NCBI RefSeq assembly: GCF_006345805.1
Contig: NC_043005.1
Location: 20,832,001 to 20,896,000, forward strand
Source: Octopus sinensis
Lineage: Eukaryota
DNA: 64,000 nt
Reading direction: 5' to 3'
This document shows, one piece after another, positions 13,591-28,079 of this stretch (position 1 is the first letter of the stretch; every line of letters starts with the position of its first letter). Below the pieces are notes generated by a model. It did no database searches, was not told the DNA's origin, and worked only from the letters and a program-made list of their open reading frames with translations. The translations under genes were made by a program, and so were the position numbers.

Positions 13591-13822
13591 AGGCGGCGAG
13601 CTGGCAGAAACGTTAGCACGCTGGACGAAATGCTTAGCAGTATTTCGTCTGCCACTACGTTCTGAGTTCAAATTCTGCCGAGGTCGACTTTGCCTTTCAT
13701 CCTTTTGGGGTCGGTTAAATAAGTACTAGTTACGCACTGGGGTCGATATAATCGACTTAATCCATTTGTTTGTCCTTGTTTGTCCTCTCTGTGTTTAGCC
13801 CCTTATGTGTAGTAAAGAAATA
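13591..13822 (+). mobile_element. tRNA-derived SINE (family 1)
   Basis: Head aaggcggcgagctggcagaaacgttagcac...gagttcaaattc (B-box-like), body gtcgactttgcctttcatcc...ggggtcgat; decayed copies near 17230 (-), 26420, 22900, 31330 and 52745. Confidence 0.75.
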
Positions 13823-14589
13823 GGTATTATTATCAGTATTATAATTATAACAGATAGTAATAATATTAATTGCTTTTCACGTAATCTAATATGCATAATT
13901 TAAAACAAATTTTTTTACCATATTTAATAAATAGATAACTAATTATTGTGGCATTGAATTTCAATGTTTGTAATTGTTGTGACATAGAACCCCTATGTTT
14001 ATTTGTTATCATGAACTAGAAGGAATGCCAGGGTAATAAACATTTTAAACCACATATACTTAACATATATGCTTCATGTATTTGCTGGTAGGTTGCTATT
14101 TAGTGTGGTGAAGAATACTCTCTCAAAGCACTGGGTGTTAAAACACCTGAAAGCCATGGCCAGGTGAGACAGAGTACAATTCCTCTCCAATCCCCTCTAG
14201 GAGTGATGCGTATTAACAATTTCATCACTTTTGTGGTTTGTCAACATCATGTCCCTTCAGGTTGATGGCCCTGCTCGATCTGTAGAAAAGGTATAGGTAG
14301 ATACTCTATAAAATGTACCCAGTGTAAGCTATGGACACATAAGAGGTGCAGCATTATCAAAGGAAGACTAACTGGGAAGATAGTTTTTGTATGTGGCAGA
14401 TGCTCAGGAGCAACAAACATTAAGTATTTGTGGTTAGTAATGTTTATTATGCTAGCACTGCTATTTCTTATTTGATTTCATTCTTACATATGCATTGTCT
14501 GGACATACTACTCATGGTTTGCATGCTATGTGCATATAAATCATGACCTGTGAAATGATTCATTTCCAATTATGTTCAGGTGGATGATA

Positions 14590-15785
14590 TTAAGAAGACA
14601 TTGATGTCCATCACTCCTAGACAGGATTAGAGATGAGTTGTCCCTCCTGTCCATGACTTTCAGGTGTTGTAACAACTCTTGGGTTAAGAGAGAATTCTCC
14701 ACCATGCTAAATTTCTCCCTACCTGCAAATACATGGTGCATGTGTAGGTTATGTCATGTTTCTGTGGAAGACATCATGCATGTGATTAGCAGCTGCCTTA
14801 CAATGTCATCGTAGTACTCCCTCTGTATGCAGCATGATGTTGTTGCTAAAACAATTTACAATGTCATCCACAAAAAAGACTGTCCTGAAATAAACTTTGA
14901 AAATCCCTCTGTTATGGAGTACATTCATAAGCACTAACTCAAGGAATACTGGTGGAATATTCCATCAAAACATCCACCAAATGTAAACACAACAAGCCAG
15001 ATATTGTTGTTTGGGACAGAGGGGCAAAGGTTTGTACCATCACAGAGGACATTTGCCCTACAAATATATATATCTCTTCGAAAATCAAAGAGAAAGAGGG
15101 TATCTATGGATGACTGCTTCGAAACCTCCAGATTCTATATGCAGACTGTCAATTCATATTCATACCAATAATAATTTTAGCACTAGGTTTTGTTAGTAAA
15201 TGCATAAAGGAGAGTCTGGATGAACTGGAGTTTTCAGAAAAAGAAATTAACCGGCTGATTCGTACATTAAATATGCAATCTGTGAGTGGAACAGTAAAAA
15301 ATATGCAAGACTTTTCCCAAGTTCCAAATGTGAATTTGTCTGTGTTATCTATATCCCTAAGATGGAGCCTCGTATCTTTGTTGGAAACCGACTTCTTCCT
15401 CTGTGGAACATTTATAATACATACATGCATGCATTCATGCTTAACACACTGCCTGAGTACCAATCTTGAGAAATTAGGCTCTCAAAAGCTGAACAAAGAC
15501 AGCTTATTCAAAGACTACAGTGGAACTGTAAAAGTTTAGAAAGCTTTTCAGATGTTTATCATTTAAGTATATATTTTTGTGTATGTCTAGGCATACAAAT
15601 ATATGAATGAGAATGCATACATAAAACAAAGCATACAAATCTGCACCTGTACAGACTCAAAATACTGCATGCATACATGCAAAAATACCCTATTGATGTT
15701 GAAATTCTAATGAAGGAGTGTTGTGTCTAGTTTAGAAACTGGCTCTTTCTCTATTGGTAAGAAATTGTTGAAAATAACTGAATAA
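14590..15785 (+). mobile_element. RLE-type LINE 3' fragments (two pieces)
   Basis: Degenerate C-x2-C...EDIMHVISSC, HDVVAK, EYWWN, HNKPDIVVWD motifs; 3' end shared with 28490-29260. Confidence 0.65.
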
Positions 15786-15943
15786 TACATATACACACAC
15801 TTACGTGTATGTGTTATATCTGTGTGCAAATTTTGTTCATTTGCTTTACTCTATATCTTTTATTGCATTATTGTCATTTCTCATTTTAACCTTCCTCCTA
15901 ACATACATGTGGCATTGATATTTGTTTCTGTTATCATTTCCAG

Positions 15944-16114
15944 TTTACTCAAAGGTTGACTGTGGATCTCCAAAAGATGTTGTTGGTGCATTCAAGTTGT
16001 ACAATACCACCACCTATCAATCTGAAGTTATCTATACTTGCTCAAATGGAGAACAACTAAAGTCAGAATGTGAAAAGGACAGTAAATGGACTCCTGTAGC
16101 ATCTGTTTGTAATG
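15944..16114 (+). CDS. Exon S1: compact Sushi/CCP domain
   Basis: tttccag| acceptor, 171 bp, VYSKVDCGSPKD...YQSEVIYTCSNGEQLKSECEKDSKWTPVASVCN, donor G|GTAACG; C-x2-P...YxC...C-x5-W...C pattern; phase 1-1. Confidence 0.88.
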
Positions 16115-18489
16115 GTAACGTAAATAGTTTCTCTCTTGTCACTGTCTGTGTAATTTAGTGTAATTTTGTGTGTTAAATGGATTTGTCAGAGAAAGTCTGG
16201 TTGATTCCATGACAATTTCCATTGTATTTGTGGCATGTGGGAGGAAGAGAGGAATCTGGTAGTGTCAGCCCACAAGTCCTCCCCAAATGCTTGCAACAGG
16301 GTGGACATGAGTAATTGTACCTAAGGGCCAGGAATTAAATTAGGTGATGGATTAAAGTCTGCCAACCAAACAGTGGAAATGTGGAAGCTTGTTCCCAACA
16401 GTAGGGTTCTACGCAGATTCCATCTATCAAATTTTTTTTTGCTGTGAAGCATATTTTTAAGCACATGTTCTATTCCCTCTTCTACCATCCTCCATCCCAC
16501 CTTTCGTCCTCCCTCACATATCCACCTGCATGCAAACTGCTTCCTTCATATACCAGCCATTTCTAGCTCCCACTGTGTTTTCAAAAGCTTGTGACTCACC
16601 CACCTTGCTGCCCTCTCCAATCCCCAATTCACTTCACTATAAACACCACCCTGTAACTTGGGTGTACGACTCCTGCTTCCCTCTCTGTCACATTTTCATC
16701 ATCTTTTTCTCTGTTTTCTCTCCCTCATCAGAGGAAGATATGTCTCTTTTCCAATGCAAGATCCAGTTGAGGGGTCTTATCCCTCAAGTTATTTGGTGGC
16801 CTCACTCTGCTGGTGCCATGCATAAATCATCCAGTACACTAGCAAGATTATCCAGCCACAGAGACAGCAGAACTTAGTGTAGTCTTCTGATTTGCCTCTT
16901 TCTATTTGACTGTCCTTTACATAGCAGCATAGAAACTGGATACTTAATGATGATGATTATGATGATAATGACCATGATTCCACTCAGTACCACAAGCTTG
17001 TGAAGTAAATTTCTTAATCTCAAAGTTATACCTGAGTATTTTTATGCAGATCTTCCTTAAATTTCTAACTTGGCCTTTTTCACTTGTACCATGTGTCATC
17101 ATCCAAAACCTTGTACAATATAATGCCTCAAGTCCCACTGTAATTAAGGAAATCCATTGAAATAGGTTTCCAGTGCACTAATGACTATTGTAATCCACCA
17201 CCCTCAGTTATAATAAATGCAACTAATAATCACATCTGCTATCTGCCCAAGGCCTGAATTTTTGGTGGAGGGGTCTAATCAATTACATCGATACCTGTGT
17301 TAATCTAGAACTTATTTTATCAACCCACAAAAGGCTGAAAGACAAATTAAATCTTAGCAGCTCTTGAACTCAGAATGTAAAGCTAGAAGTCAATAGTTAT
17401 CAGTGAAACATAATAGCCTCAGTCCTTCAATGTTTTGACTTTGTCCACCATAAACATATTTTCTTATGGCTTCAAGAATATAATATTAGTGGTTCTAGTT
17501 CCATGATAGAATACAAACGATATACTTTGTAAAATGGCCTGTAAGCAAGCAGAGAGATCATAGTTTTGATACGAACCTTTATTCTTGTCTTGTCAACAAT
17601 ATGACAACAAGCTGTGTAGTGCAGGTGCCGTGAAGACGTACGCTTTGTACCTATCTGTAAAGTAGTTGGTGTTAGGCAGACCATGTAACCAAGAATCCTT
17701 GCCACAAAAACATACAAGTGAGAAGTGGTTCACCTATTTTGACCATGGTTTGAAGGGGAGTAACTCTGAATAAAATGGACCCAGATGTGACAAGCAGTCC
17801 AGCCCAAAACATCATCAGGGAAAGTGGACATAATATAATAATGAGGAGATATATACATGTTTATACATACATATATATAAATATATATCTATATATATTT
17901 ATTGATAATAAACACAACTTTATTACCTAGCTTTATCATATTTTCTCCTACATTTGGTCTGTTTATCAAGACTAGCAATAGTACTCAGTTGTTGCTTAAT
18001 GACTCTATTGGAAATAGACTGTACAATGATGATCTACTTGGAGCACTAAATTTTATTGTCACAGTCATCTGTTTTTACACACAGTATATATATGCATGTG
18101 TATATACTGGTCTAGTGATGCAAGCTGGACAATTGCACCCAAGATATGTATATTTAAAAGTCATTTTTTATGAATATAATGCTATAAAAAGTTTTTGCTC
18201 CCACACACACTCATATGTATGTGTGCATATTTCTATAAATATATGCAAATTTATCCATGCATCTTTTCTCCCTACTTTTCCTGGGAAGATCATATAGTGG
18301 AATATGCATGTGTCTCCTCCAGATTTTCCTATTAGAAAAGTAACTGTATGTAGATATTATGACTGGATTCCCAAGCATAACTGACTAAAACTACAGCTAT
18401 TATCAAACTGTCACATTCTCAATCTGCCCTTAGTTCTCCTGTTAGTGGCTCAGCTTAAAGAATCCTTTGCATGATCCTTTCCTGTGGCA

Positions 18490-20380
18490 TTCTAAAGACG
18501 TGTCTGTAATACCAGAGCTGTGACCTCTCAGTGTGCAGAAGTAGCACCGCAACCTAGAGAGACTCCCTCGTCTGAGTTATTTATGTTTTTTTTCATATAC
18601 CCAGGCCTATTTCCCAATTTTTAGGGGTGGGTATATACAATAAGATACACACGAGGCATTCTATTCATTTCCTATCTTAAAATCACTCACCTCCTCTAAC
18701 ATCACACCATTTATACTCATATGCATCCGAACAGCCTTTCCGTCTCTTGAACATCTCATCACCTTACTCTTAGCTACATTCACTTTCAGTTTCCTCCTCT
18801 CACACACTTGTCAAAACCCTGCCACCGATTCCTCAATTGCCTTTTCGAATCTGCCACCAGTGCTGTATCAACAGCAAACAACAATTTACTCACCTGGTAT
18901 TTCTCTCCATTTCCTCCCGCTATTTGGGCTACCCTACCAAAGGCTCTAGCATTTACCTCTTTCACCACACCTTTCTTATATACATTAAACAGCCACTGAG
19001 ACATCACACAACCCACTCTGAACTCTACCTTCACATCAAATCACTCACTTATTTCACCACCCACCCTAACATATTCTCTACTTTTTCTATAAAAACTCTG
19101 TACATCTCTCAGCAATCTACCATCTACTCCATACAACCGTTACACCAGCCACATTGTATCCCTATCCACCCGGTCATATGCCTTATGTTGGTCCATAAGG
19201 ACTGAATACACCTCTCTCCCTTTGGCCAAAATTTTCTCATACATCTGTCTTGGTAGAAATATTTGATGTGTACACCCCATTCCACTCCTAAAACTGCTCC
19301 TCCCCTAGTACGCACTCTGTCATGTTCCTGAACATTACAATCATAATTATCCCATATAGTTTACCAACACACAAGAGACTTGCACCATCAAAATTTCCGT
19401 ACGAGCATTTATTCCCTTTTCCCTTGTACAATGGCAATATACAGGCACTGCACCATTTCTCTGGTACTCTTCCAGCCATATAACAAACATTCTTGAGCCT
19501 CACTAACCATTCAGTCACTGTCACTCCTCCTTTCTTAAGGCATTCCACTGTAAACTCATCTATACTTCTGGTTTGCCATCTTCCCAAGGATTCCCTCCAC
19601 TCCTCATTTCCAATTGCACCATAGTTCCATTCCCTAAAAACAAGCATTCTCCTCTCTCCTCCTACAGCCCTTATACTTGCCTCTCTAACATCCTCCATGT
19701 TTAACAGCTCACAAAAATACTCTGTACATCTCCTTTGTACATCCTTGCTTCCTTTCAACAAATTTCCATTTACAGCCATCACACTTTCATCCCTTCTTGC
19801 AGCTACCTTTTTTACACTCTGTACTTCTTTCCAAAACATCTTTTTATTTCTTACAAAATGTTTACTCAGCTTTTTCCTGAACCTTTCACTCACCTCCTAT
19901 TTCGCCACCCTACCACTCACTTTACTCTCCTCTTCAATTCTTTGTAGTGATCATAAACCTCTCCATCCTTTTTCTACAACCACTCTTCAAAGATCCTTTT
20001 CTTCTCTGCCACTGCATCCCTTACCTGCTCATTACACCAATCACTACCTTTCCTCACAGCCATTCCAACCACTTGTGTACCATATACCTCAGAGGCACAT
20101 CTCATTACTGCCTCTCTAAAAGCCTGCTCCACATCTACCTCCCATTTCTTAACCTGTTCATATTCACCTCTCAGTTTCTCTACCTACTCTTGCTCCTGCT
20201 CTCGCCCATCCTGTTCACTCATCTTCACAACCTCTCTCCTCCCTGTCACTCATCTAACAACCCTGCATTATATAAGCTGTCAATTAATGCCATTCTGAAA
20301 ATCTATTGGGGGGACAACAAATTTCTTCTTCTTCCCATTGGTACCCTATTATTCATTAACAAACATGAACACCAGTGAAG
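18490..20380 (-). mobile_element. Second RTE-family LINE relic (RT)
   Basis: ORFs 19288-19893 and 18786-19034: KKMFWKEV, W..ACILPLYKGKG, LGEEQ, GCVMSQWLFNVY, LLFAVDTALVAD. Confidence 0.8.
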
Positions 20381-20578
20381 ACAGGCATGATGCCTAAAGG
20401 GAAGTTAGGTTCTTTGATCAAACTCTCCTTTTCTGCAGACTGAAAGAAATTCAAATGACAGCGAGATCTATCTGTGACCCATGTCCCACTAAGTATCTTT
20501 TAGTCCATGTTTATCTCCCCATTCTCTCCCACCTCATACATATGCAGCATTGGTAAACATTACAGTTTTCAATTACAG

Positions 20579-20749
20579 ATTATGCGCAAATAAATTGTGG
20601 AACTCCAAAAGATATTGATACTGCATCAAAGTCATATAAAACCACCACCTATAAATCTGAAGTGACCTATACTTGCCCAAATGGAGAAAAACTAAAGTCA
20701 ACATGTGAAAAGGGCAACAAATGGACTCCAGTAGCTACTGCTTGTAAAG
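20579..20749 (+). CDS. Exon S2: compact Sushi/CCP domain (absent from the ORF track)
   Basis: aattacag| acceptor, 171 bp, DYAQINCGTPKDIDTASKSYKTTTYKSEVTYTCPNGEKLKSTCEKGNKWTPVATACK, donor G|GTAATG; phase 1-1. Confidence 0.88.
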
Positions 20750-21034
20750 GTAATGTAAATATCTTCTCTCCTGTTGTCTTGATCTGTCCATTTATATTTG
20801 ATTTTTGCATTAAATCTTTTTATTAGAAAAAGACTGGTTAACTCCATGACAATTTCCATGGTGTTTTTGGTTGGTGAGAGGAAGAGAAGGAACTGTCCTC
20901 AGACCAGAGACCTCTCCATATGCTTGCAACAGACTGAAATCCATAAATAGTAGCCAAGGGCCTGGTAATGCTATTAAATTGGGTGATTTGAACTGATAGA
21001 CTAAAGAGTGTGAATACCCACTGTGAAAGAAATG

Positions 21035-21602
21035 TATTGGATCGTCTGGAAATTTCGTGCCGATTTATAGTAGCTTACATTTTGACTTATTTTAGAACAT
21101 GGTTGAGTCCATAAAATAGGATTTGACTACATCTCCATTTAGAGCACAGTTTAAGCTATCTTTTCATAGAAGACAGTTTATGGTCCTATAATCTGTGTTA
21201 ATTCTGTAACCCTTTAAAATAGAAGATAAGAAACTTCATTTTCGGCACTTGATGCTTTGGGAACCAGACAAAAATTGCTGCAGCTTGGCTGGGATGTGTT
21301 ACTCCACCCTCTAATTTCACCAGTTATTGCTCCTTCCAAAGTCCACTTATTCGGGTCTCTGTAGAATAGTCTTAATGGTAAATTTCAATTCCTTGGATGA
21401 CGTAAAAAGATACCTTGATGAATTCTTTGCCATGAAACGACCTCAATTCTGGGAAGAGGGTATTTTTAAGTTAGAGGGAAGATGGAGACGCATTGTCCAA
21501 CAAAGTGGTTCATATTTGGTTGATTAAAAATGTAATGGCAAGTATTTATTGATATTTTTTTTTCCTTTAAAATTTGGCACAATCTTTCCGGACAAGCCAA
21601 TA
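21035..21602 (+). mobile_element. Internally deleted mariner with terminal inverted repeats
   Basis: TA-flanked TIRs tattggatcgtctggaaatttcgtgccgattt and aaatttggcacaatctttccggacaagccaata; residual C-terminus FNSLDDVKRYLDEFF...GIFKL.GRW. Confidence 0.8.
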
Positions 21603-23166
21603 CTTCAAGTGCACTCTGATCCTCTTCCTCATCGTCATCATCATCATCATCATGTAATGCTCATTTTCCAAGCTGACATGGATTGAACTGTTTGACAGGT
21701 TTCAATGGTCCACAGGATTGCATGAGGCCCAAATGTCACTTCTGGCATGGTTTCTGTTGCTTGATGCACTTCCTAGCACCAACCACTTTACAGTATGTAC
21801 TGGGTGGTGCTTTCTTTCATGAAACTGGCATTAGTGAGGTCAGGCAAAAGTATGACAAAGAGACAAGCACAGGTATCTTACTATAGAGGAAATACATGGC
21901 CACCCCAGTTTTGCAAGGGTGGGTGAGAGTAGTTCGAAGGGAGAAAATGATTGTGGTGACAGATATCCTGATCATACTTTCTAGGTGCAAGAAGGTGAGT
22001 ATCAGGCAGAATATAACAAGGTGGAAAGAAAAGTGTGGATAAATTAATATAAGTATGGTGGGAGAGTTATAAAAATAGTTAGAGATTGGGCTATAGGTGG
22101 ATGGAGTGAGTGATGAGAAAGAGTGAAGCTGTGGTTGATGGAGGGGGAGGTTAATGAAATCACTGAGGTTAATGAAAGCACAGGAGAGGAGTAATTGGTG
22201 GAAAGTAGTATGACAGGGATGATTATGAGACAGAGATAACTGGTAGTGACAAAGTGAGGATAAAAAATGTGCTGATTCTGTATCTCAAATGATTTCAGCT
22301 GCTTAATAGTGACATGTAAAACTGAACATAAAGATGAAAATAATGTGACAATCCTCTTGAATGTAAAAGAATCTCTTTGCACAGGCCAGTGGAAGACTTC
22401 TATCATCAAATGTTCAGTCTGAGCTTCAAGGGCAAGTTTCCTCTCCAATTATTGTTCCTGTGCTACATGTTTATGCACAGTAATCTCCATTAACTCTAAC
22501 CATTTTTGCCACTTTTTTACATTCAGTACTTTCCTCTCTTCTCTAAAAGTGCAAATTTGAGTGAGAGATTGATGAAAGAATGTCAATTTCTGTTATCTGA
22601 TCTTTCAGCTCACAATGTCTTGAGCTATAGCTTCAGATCAAGTAAGACTGCCTTCTCTGCCCAGTTAATGAAGGGTTTGGGGCAACCACCTTGGATTTCT
22701 TTGATTCTGTGATTGAATGTTTATGTGAAGAGTGGGGCTGAGCTATCCACTAATCACCACCTAGCTGTCTACAACCTGAGACTACAATAGACAGAACTCA
22801 CAAGACAAGACCAGGTGATTTACAGAATAAAGTGGGGACCTTTGTCGAATGATGGGATTAGAAACAAATATGTAGACAACAATTTCTGTTGTTGGTTATG
22901 GTGATGTATTCACATGATCATTCTAGCATCAGACAAAATGTGTAGTGGTATTTTTCTAATTCTTTAACTTCTGACTATAAATCCTGCTAATGATAATGTT
23001 GCTTTTCCAGGGCAATAAAATGTAGGGACCAGTCTAATTTTATTGGTCTCACCAGGGCCAAATAAATTAATTAATTTCTGCCTCAAACTTTTGACCTTCT
23101 TTTTATGTGAGAAATTTATAGTATTGTTGTTATTTTTCATTCTTCTTAATTATATTTTGACTCTAG

Positions 23167-23403
23167 ATGTTCAGATCCATTTTGTGAAAGTAAAAAATGC
23201 AACTCTGGATGTAACAGTAAAAACATTATGGAGTAAGAAAAAAGTAACAACAGATGCATGTGCTGAAAAATGTTTTTCTGACAAAACTTGTGCATCATTT
23301 GAAATAGAAAAAACAAGTGGACTCTGTTACTTATCAAAACAAACTGCAACATCCTCCAAAATAAAAACAGACCAAAGCAGAGATTACTACCAACGAGTAA
23401 AAT
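23167..23403 (+). CDS. Exon B1: PAN/Apple-like domain type B (4 Cys)
   Basis: actctag| acceptor, 237 bp, DVQIHFVKVKNATLD...DACAEKCFSDKTCASFEIEKTSGLCYLSK...SRDYYQRVK, donor T|GTAATT; phase 1-1. Confidence 0.9.
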
Positions 23404-23929
23404 GTAATTATTCTTTGTATTTTATTATTGGAATTCTCTTTTCTATTTTTTTTCTGATATTTCTGATTCCATTCCTGCTACATAGTATATATACACAACC
23501 ATCTCTTTAAAGATATTGAGAAAGTTACTCATATGGACAGACATAAAGACATAGCTGCAAAAGAAAAAGAAAAAAAAGAAAGAAAGCAGTACAAAGAAGT
23601 GTAAATACTGCTAGGGTATTCCAATATGGCAATTGTTCAACTTGAACACTTTTAATACTATTTTCATTTTCTTTTTATCTGCTTTCATGTTTTTTTGAAT
23701 ATTTCAATTATTAAACAGTGGACATGCTGGTGTAATGTCTTGAAGGGCTGATTTGAATAAATCAACTCCAGAACTACTGTTTTTTTAAAGACCTGGTACT
23801 TCTTTTATTAGTCTGTTTTGCAGGGATGTAAAGAAGCTAACAACTGTTGTCCAGCAGTGAGGGTGGGGTTCAAACTCAGACACAGTCACGCATATGCATA
23901 TATAGATGAATAAATAAATAGATAGTGAT

Positions 23930-24692
23930 TTCTGGGTAGGACAGCCTGGCCATGTGGCACTAATTTCTGCCTAGTCTTCAAAGGAACATGCAGTCTAGCA
24001 TTATCCTTATGTAAGATGTCACATTTTTGGTTGTCTTCTTTAATTGGTTTTTGTTGGGAACAATAATAGTCTGAATTTAATGTCTGATTTTGTGGAAGTA
24101 GCTCAGAATGCAAATGCCTTCCAATCCCACCAGATACAGAGCATCATCTTCCTTGGATACAGACCAGCTTTTGGAGAGATTGAAGGCAGTTCATCTCATT
24201 TTCCCCAAGATCTTTCTAATTTTATGCTGTAAATAATCCATTTGTCTTAACCCATGATCATTCTTTTAAAATGTGGATCCTTTTTGTTTTGTCTGAGCAG
24301 AGAATCCCAGATGGAACATTCACCATTTTGCAGGTCAAAATTTTCAGTTGTAAACCTATTGAACCACTCACGAACAGTACTTTTATCTATGACATCATTT
24401 CCATACACAACACATATCTTCTGTGTTGTTTATGTAGTGTTTTAGCCTTTCAAGAAATAAAAGAGCATTAAATGATGAAGATGAATTTCATTTTCCTTCA
24501 TTTTCAATTTTATCATAAAAACAGTGGAAGTAAATAATCCACACAATATTCAAAAAGAAACATGAGTTAAGATCTCCACTTTCTGAATATATACATATCT
24601 TATATTTTCTTGTCACATGATAAAACAGATCACATAATTAAAATTAAGCATCACCAATTGAAAAACGCTATGTACATTTTTACCAGCCCAAT
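23930..24692 (-). mobile_element. Mariner relic
   Basis: ELLPQNQTLNSDYYC and ILHKDNARLH on the minus strand; boundaries approximate. Confidence 0.65.
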
Positions 24693-25089
24693 ATATATAA
24701 CCATACATGCATATACATACACACATGCACACATATATATTCTCCAAATCATGGGGACTCCTTTGAAGAGAGCCTATAAATATGGAAGAAGTGTTATCCA
24801 GAATTGATGGCAGCTTTCACACTCATCTTTGAAGAGTCTTCAACCTTCCTAATGTCAAATACCCTGGAAGCTGTCTCGTAGGTATGTCACTGCATGAACA
24901 GAGGCAAACAGCATTTCTGTTTGATCTCACAAACATGCTTTTTTATTGAGCTAATAGTGTTCCACACCACCAAGGGGAAAAAGTATACTGGACCTCTGCT
25001 TCACAAATAATGTGGTGCTCATCCATAATGTTAAGGGGACACAGTTCTCTTATAACTTAATAGAAGTAATAGTGTATGGTCCACAGAAA

Positions 25090-26420
25090 ACTGCAGCATG
25101 CAGGTTACTAGAAGCACTCATCTTGAAACATTCTTAGGAATATCTCACACTTTAGTACTAATGGGAGACTGGAATAGTATTTTGGATGCACGGAAGGATT
25201 GTGTTAGTTTAGTACAATGCAGAAATGTATGTAAAAGCCTTGGAAACCTCAAAAATTTCCAGTTATCTGATAGGTACTGACTGGATTTCTCTGATGTGCA
25301 TGTGTGGACATGGAGCAACTACAACATGTGATCCAGATAATATTTAGATAGAGCATTTGTTAGCTCAGAAGATTAAGAATAATGTAGGTTGTCCACAATT
25401 TCGATTGATCAGCAGTACAGATTGCAAATTTGTGATATGCACATTCAGTTTACATAGGACGCATAGAGAAGGACCCATTTACTGGAAGTTCAATGCATAA
25501 TTACCAGCATGCAAAGACTACAGGGACTGGATTAGCAAACTATTTAAGTGGCAGTTGAATGGGACTGCCATCAACAACTGGTGGTGGGTTGCCCTGAGAA
25601 GGGTAGTTAGGGTAGAATTAATGATATTTAGCAATGCAAGAAATAGATTAGAGGGAGCACTAGTTGTCAAACTAGCAGTGGCAATTACTAAAGGCATCAT
25701 GACTGATAAGTTAGCAGTGAGAATGTGGCGAAACATAAAGGATACATTTTTAGACCCAGTGCTCATGCACTCAATTATGAAGGAACTAAAGCAGTCCAGT
25801 GGGCCTGAACAGTAGAGATGGGATGTGGCAACAAAACCATGATCAGGTCTTTGATGGATCAAGACAGGCTTGTGCTACTTGGTTTCAAGCAGATGTGTGC
25901 AGCTTTCCTGCTGAACTTTGCATGGCTGTTTGGGGAGGGTGATGGGTTGACAATGGTAGCAGGCTTTAGTTCATATCTGGATGGCCTACCTTGGCTTTTT
26001 TTACTGAATGCCATATTCTGCAGAAAGCCAATAATGGCTGAAATATGGCAGGTGATGATTCATTACACAAGTCGCATATCACTCGGTTCAGATGATCTGC
26101 CTCGTGAATTCTATGTATTCAGGCCATATTTGTTCAGTAGTTTCTTTGCAGACATCTACTGTAACTGGCAGCTGAATGGGAGAATTCCTAGAGATGTTAG
26201 CTGGGGTGTGGTAGCATTTGTGAGAAAGGATGCTGACAGTAAGGATCTGCCAGAGAATTTTTGACCCACTGCTCTGTTAAACACAGTTTAAATTTTTAGC
26301 CAAGGTTTTAGTGAAAAGGTTGGTGCTTGTCATTGGTAGTCTGGTCAGGAAGCATAAACATGCACAATCCCAAACAAGTCAATCCATGACAATCTCCACC
26401 TTCTGTGATACATCATAGAT
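25090..26420 (+). mobile_element. L1/Tx1-like LINE relic (APE plus start of RT)
   Basis: LVLMGDWNSILD, YLDR, YWKFNA, SLGSDDLPREFY and degenerate RP..LLN motifs. Confidence 0.65.
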
Positions 26421-27222
26421 ATGAGCTGGCAGAACAGTTAGCACACTGTGTGAAATGCTTAAGAGAATATCATATGTCCTTATGCCTATTCTTCCTTTTG
26501 GTGTCGATTAAATAATTGCCAGTGGTGCACTGGGGTCAATGTAATCAAATATCCCCTCCCACAAAGTTTAGGTCATGTGCTTGTTGGGGGGAAAAGATTA
26601 TGATTATTATTTATCATCAAAACTCATCATCATTATTATTTCATAGATATTTTTACATATTTGATAATTAGAAGTACAAATAAATGAAGTTTTGAGTAAA
26701 ATTTGAGAAAAATATCTTGTGATTTGTTGTGTACAGGGACAAGCAAATCCATCCAGAAAATAGTTTTTCCAGTATAAAACTCCCTTCTCAGAAGTAATGT
26801 GAAATCCAGTACATCATGAGACATGTTTCAATCTTTACCTCGGAGCTTTGGTTGTAAAATATTGATTTGTACATCCCTCTCTCCCTTGGTGTGTTTTCAT
26901 TTAAAATTGAATGGCCATAACAACACTGGATACATTGGGGAACTACCAGTTTAGTGGGGTGTTGACCCCCTACAAAATTGCACCATTGGAAGAGAGATGT
27001 TCAAATGCATTGTACAAACCCAATTATTGAGACAAGGTTTCAAATATGTCTGAAAATGTTCTACTACTTGTATGCATTCTGATTAGTGTGTCATTTTGTG
27101 AATCAATTATTTGTTCATGATAAAATTATACCCTGTTTGCCTCAAAATATTCATTATGTGTGTGTTTTTTTGTGGATGTGTGAGCATAAAATGTATTTCT
27201 TGGTTTCTATTTCTTTTCCCAG

Positions 27223-27453
27223 CTGACACCCCTTTGAAGCTTAAGAAAGTTAGCATACCACAGAAGAATACTTTACAACAGCTTAAACAGAAGACCTTAA
27301 ATGAGTGTAATGAAGCTTGTCAACAATATGAAGGATGTAATTCTTATGAGTACAATGACCAGGATAAACTGTGTGGTCTGAGCGATGTGACACAATTGAC
27401 TAGTGAACTTAAACCCGACGATGGAAATTGGGATGTTTATCTCATGAGTCCAG
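27223..27453 (+). CDS. Exon A2: PAN/Apple-like domain type A
   Basis: ttttcccag| acceptor, 231 bp, DTPLKLKKVSIPQK...TLNECNEACQQYEGCNSYEYNDQDKLCGLS...WDVYLMSP, donor G|GTCAGT; phase 1-1. Confidence 0.9.
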
Positions 27454-27997
27454 GTCAGTAGAGTATTTCTTTTTTATTTATATGTTCTTAATCCTGTATT
27501 TATTTACACGTATGCATCTGTGGGAATATAATATATACAGTGTACAATATATACAGAATATAGTATATACAGTGATTATTTGTTGTTTGGCATTTACGGT
27601 CCCGGTTATTCGTGGGACCGATAATTGTTCGCAGTAATCACCACATATTTGTGGAATTGTAAATATTGTCTGTGATGTTTTATTGCATTTTCCATGGTAA
27701 TATATACTTTCTCACACTTGTTAAGGCTAAATTATTAATAATATTGGATCGTATTTGCAAGTTTTCTGGACACTCCTTCACAGCTGAAGATCCCTCTGAT
27801 TAGAATTACTGCGCATCAAGTCGCTTGATATTTTTTTTAATACAAGTACGCTGTATCTTGTATGTCTTATTCTTGCTTTCAATGAAAGCTTGTTAATTCG
27901 TATAGTGACATCTATTTATATTTCATGCATACACTCTCTCTCTCTCTCTCTCACTGTATTTGTCTCTCAACAACAACAACCTATCAATGTAGTGAAA

Positions 27998-28032
<35 letters not shown>

Positions 28033-28079
28033 GTACAGAGGTGGGCATTGTTAATTGAAAAATTAACTTCGTTCAGCAT

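Noticed and set aside
16115-20578. Expected B and A exons between S1 and S2
   Set aside because: No DYYQR or CNSY-type motifs were found by eye; the interval holds SINE/RTE relics and unassigned sequence.
23043-23510. ORF resembling a stand-alone TM-PAN-TM membrane protein (similarly 27111-27461, 31550-31912, 40249-40587)
   Set aside because: The hydrophobic flanks are translated T-rich intron and polypyrimidine tracts. Similarity between paralogues stops at the AG/GT splice sites.
27780-27900. CTGAAGA...GAAAGCTT possible hammerhead
   Set aside because: I could not build convincing stems I and II.
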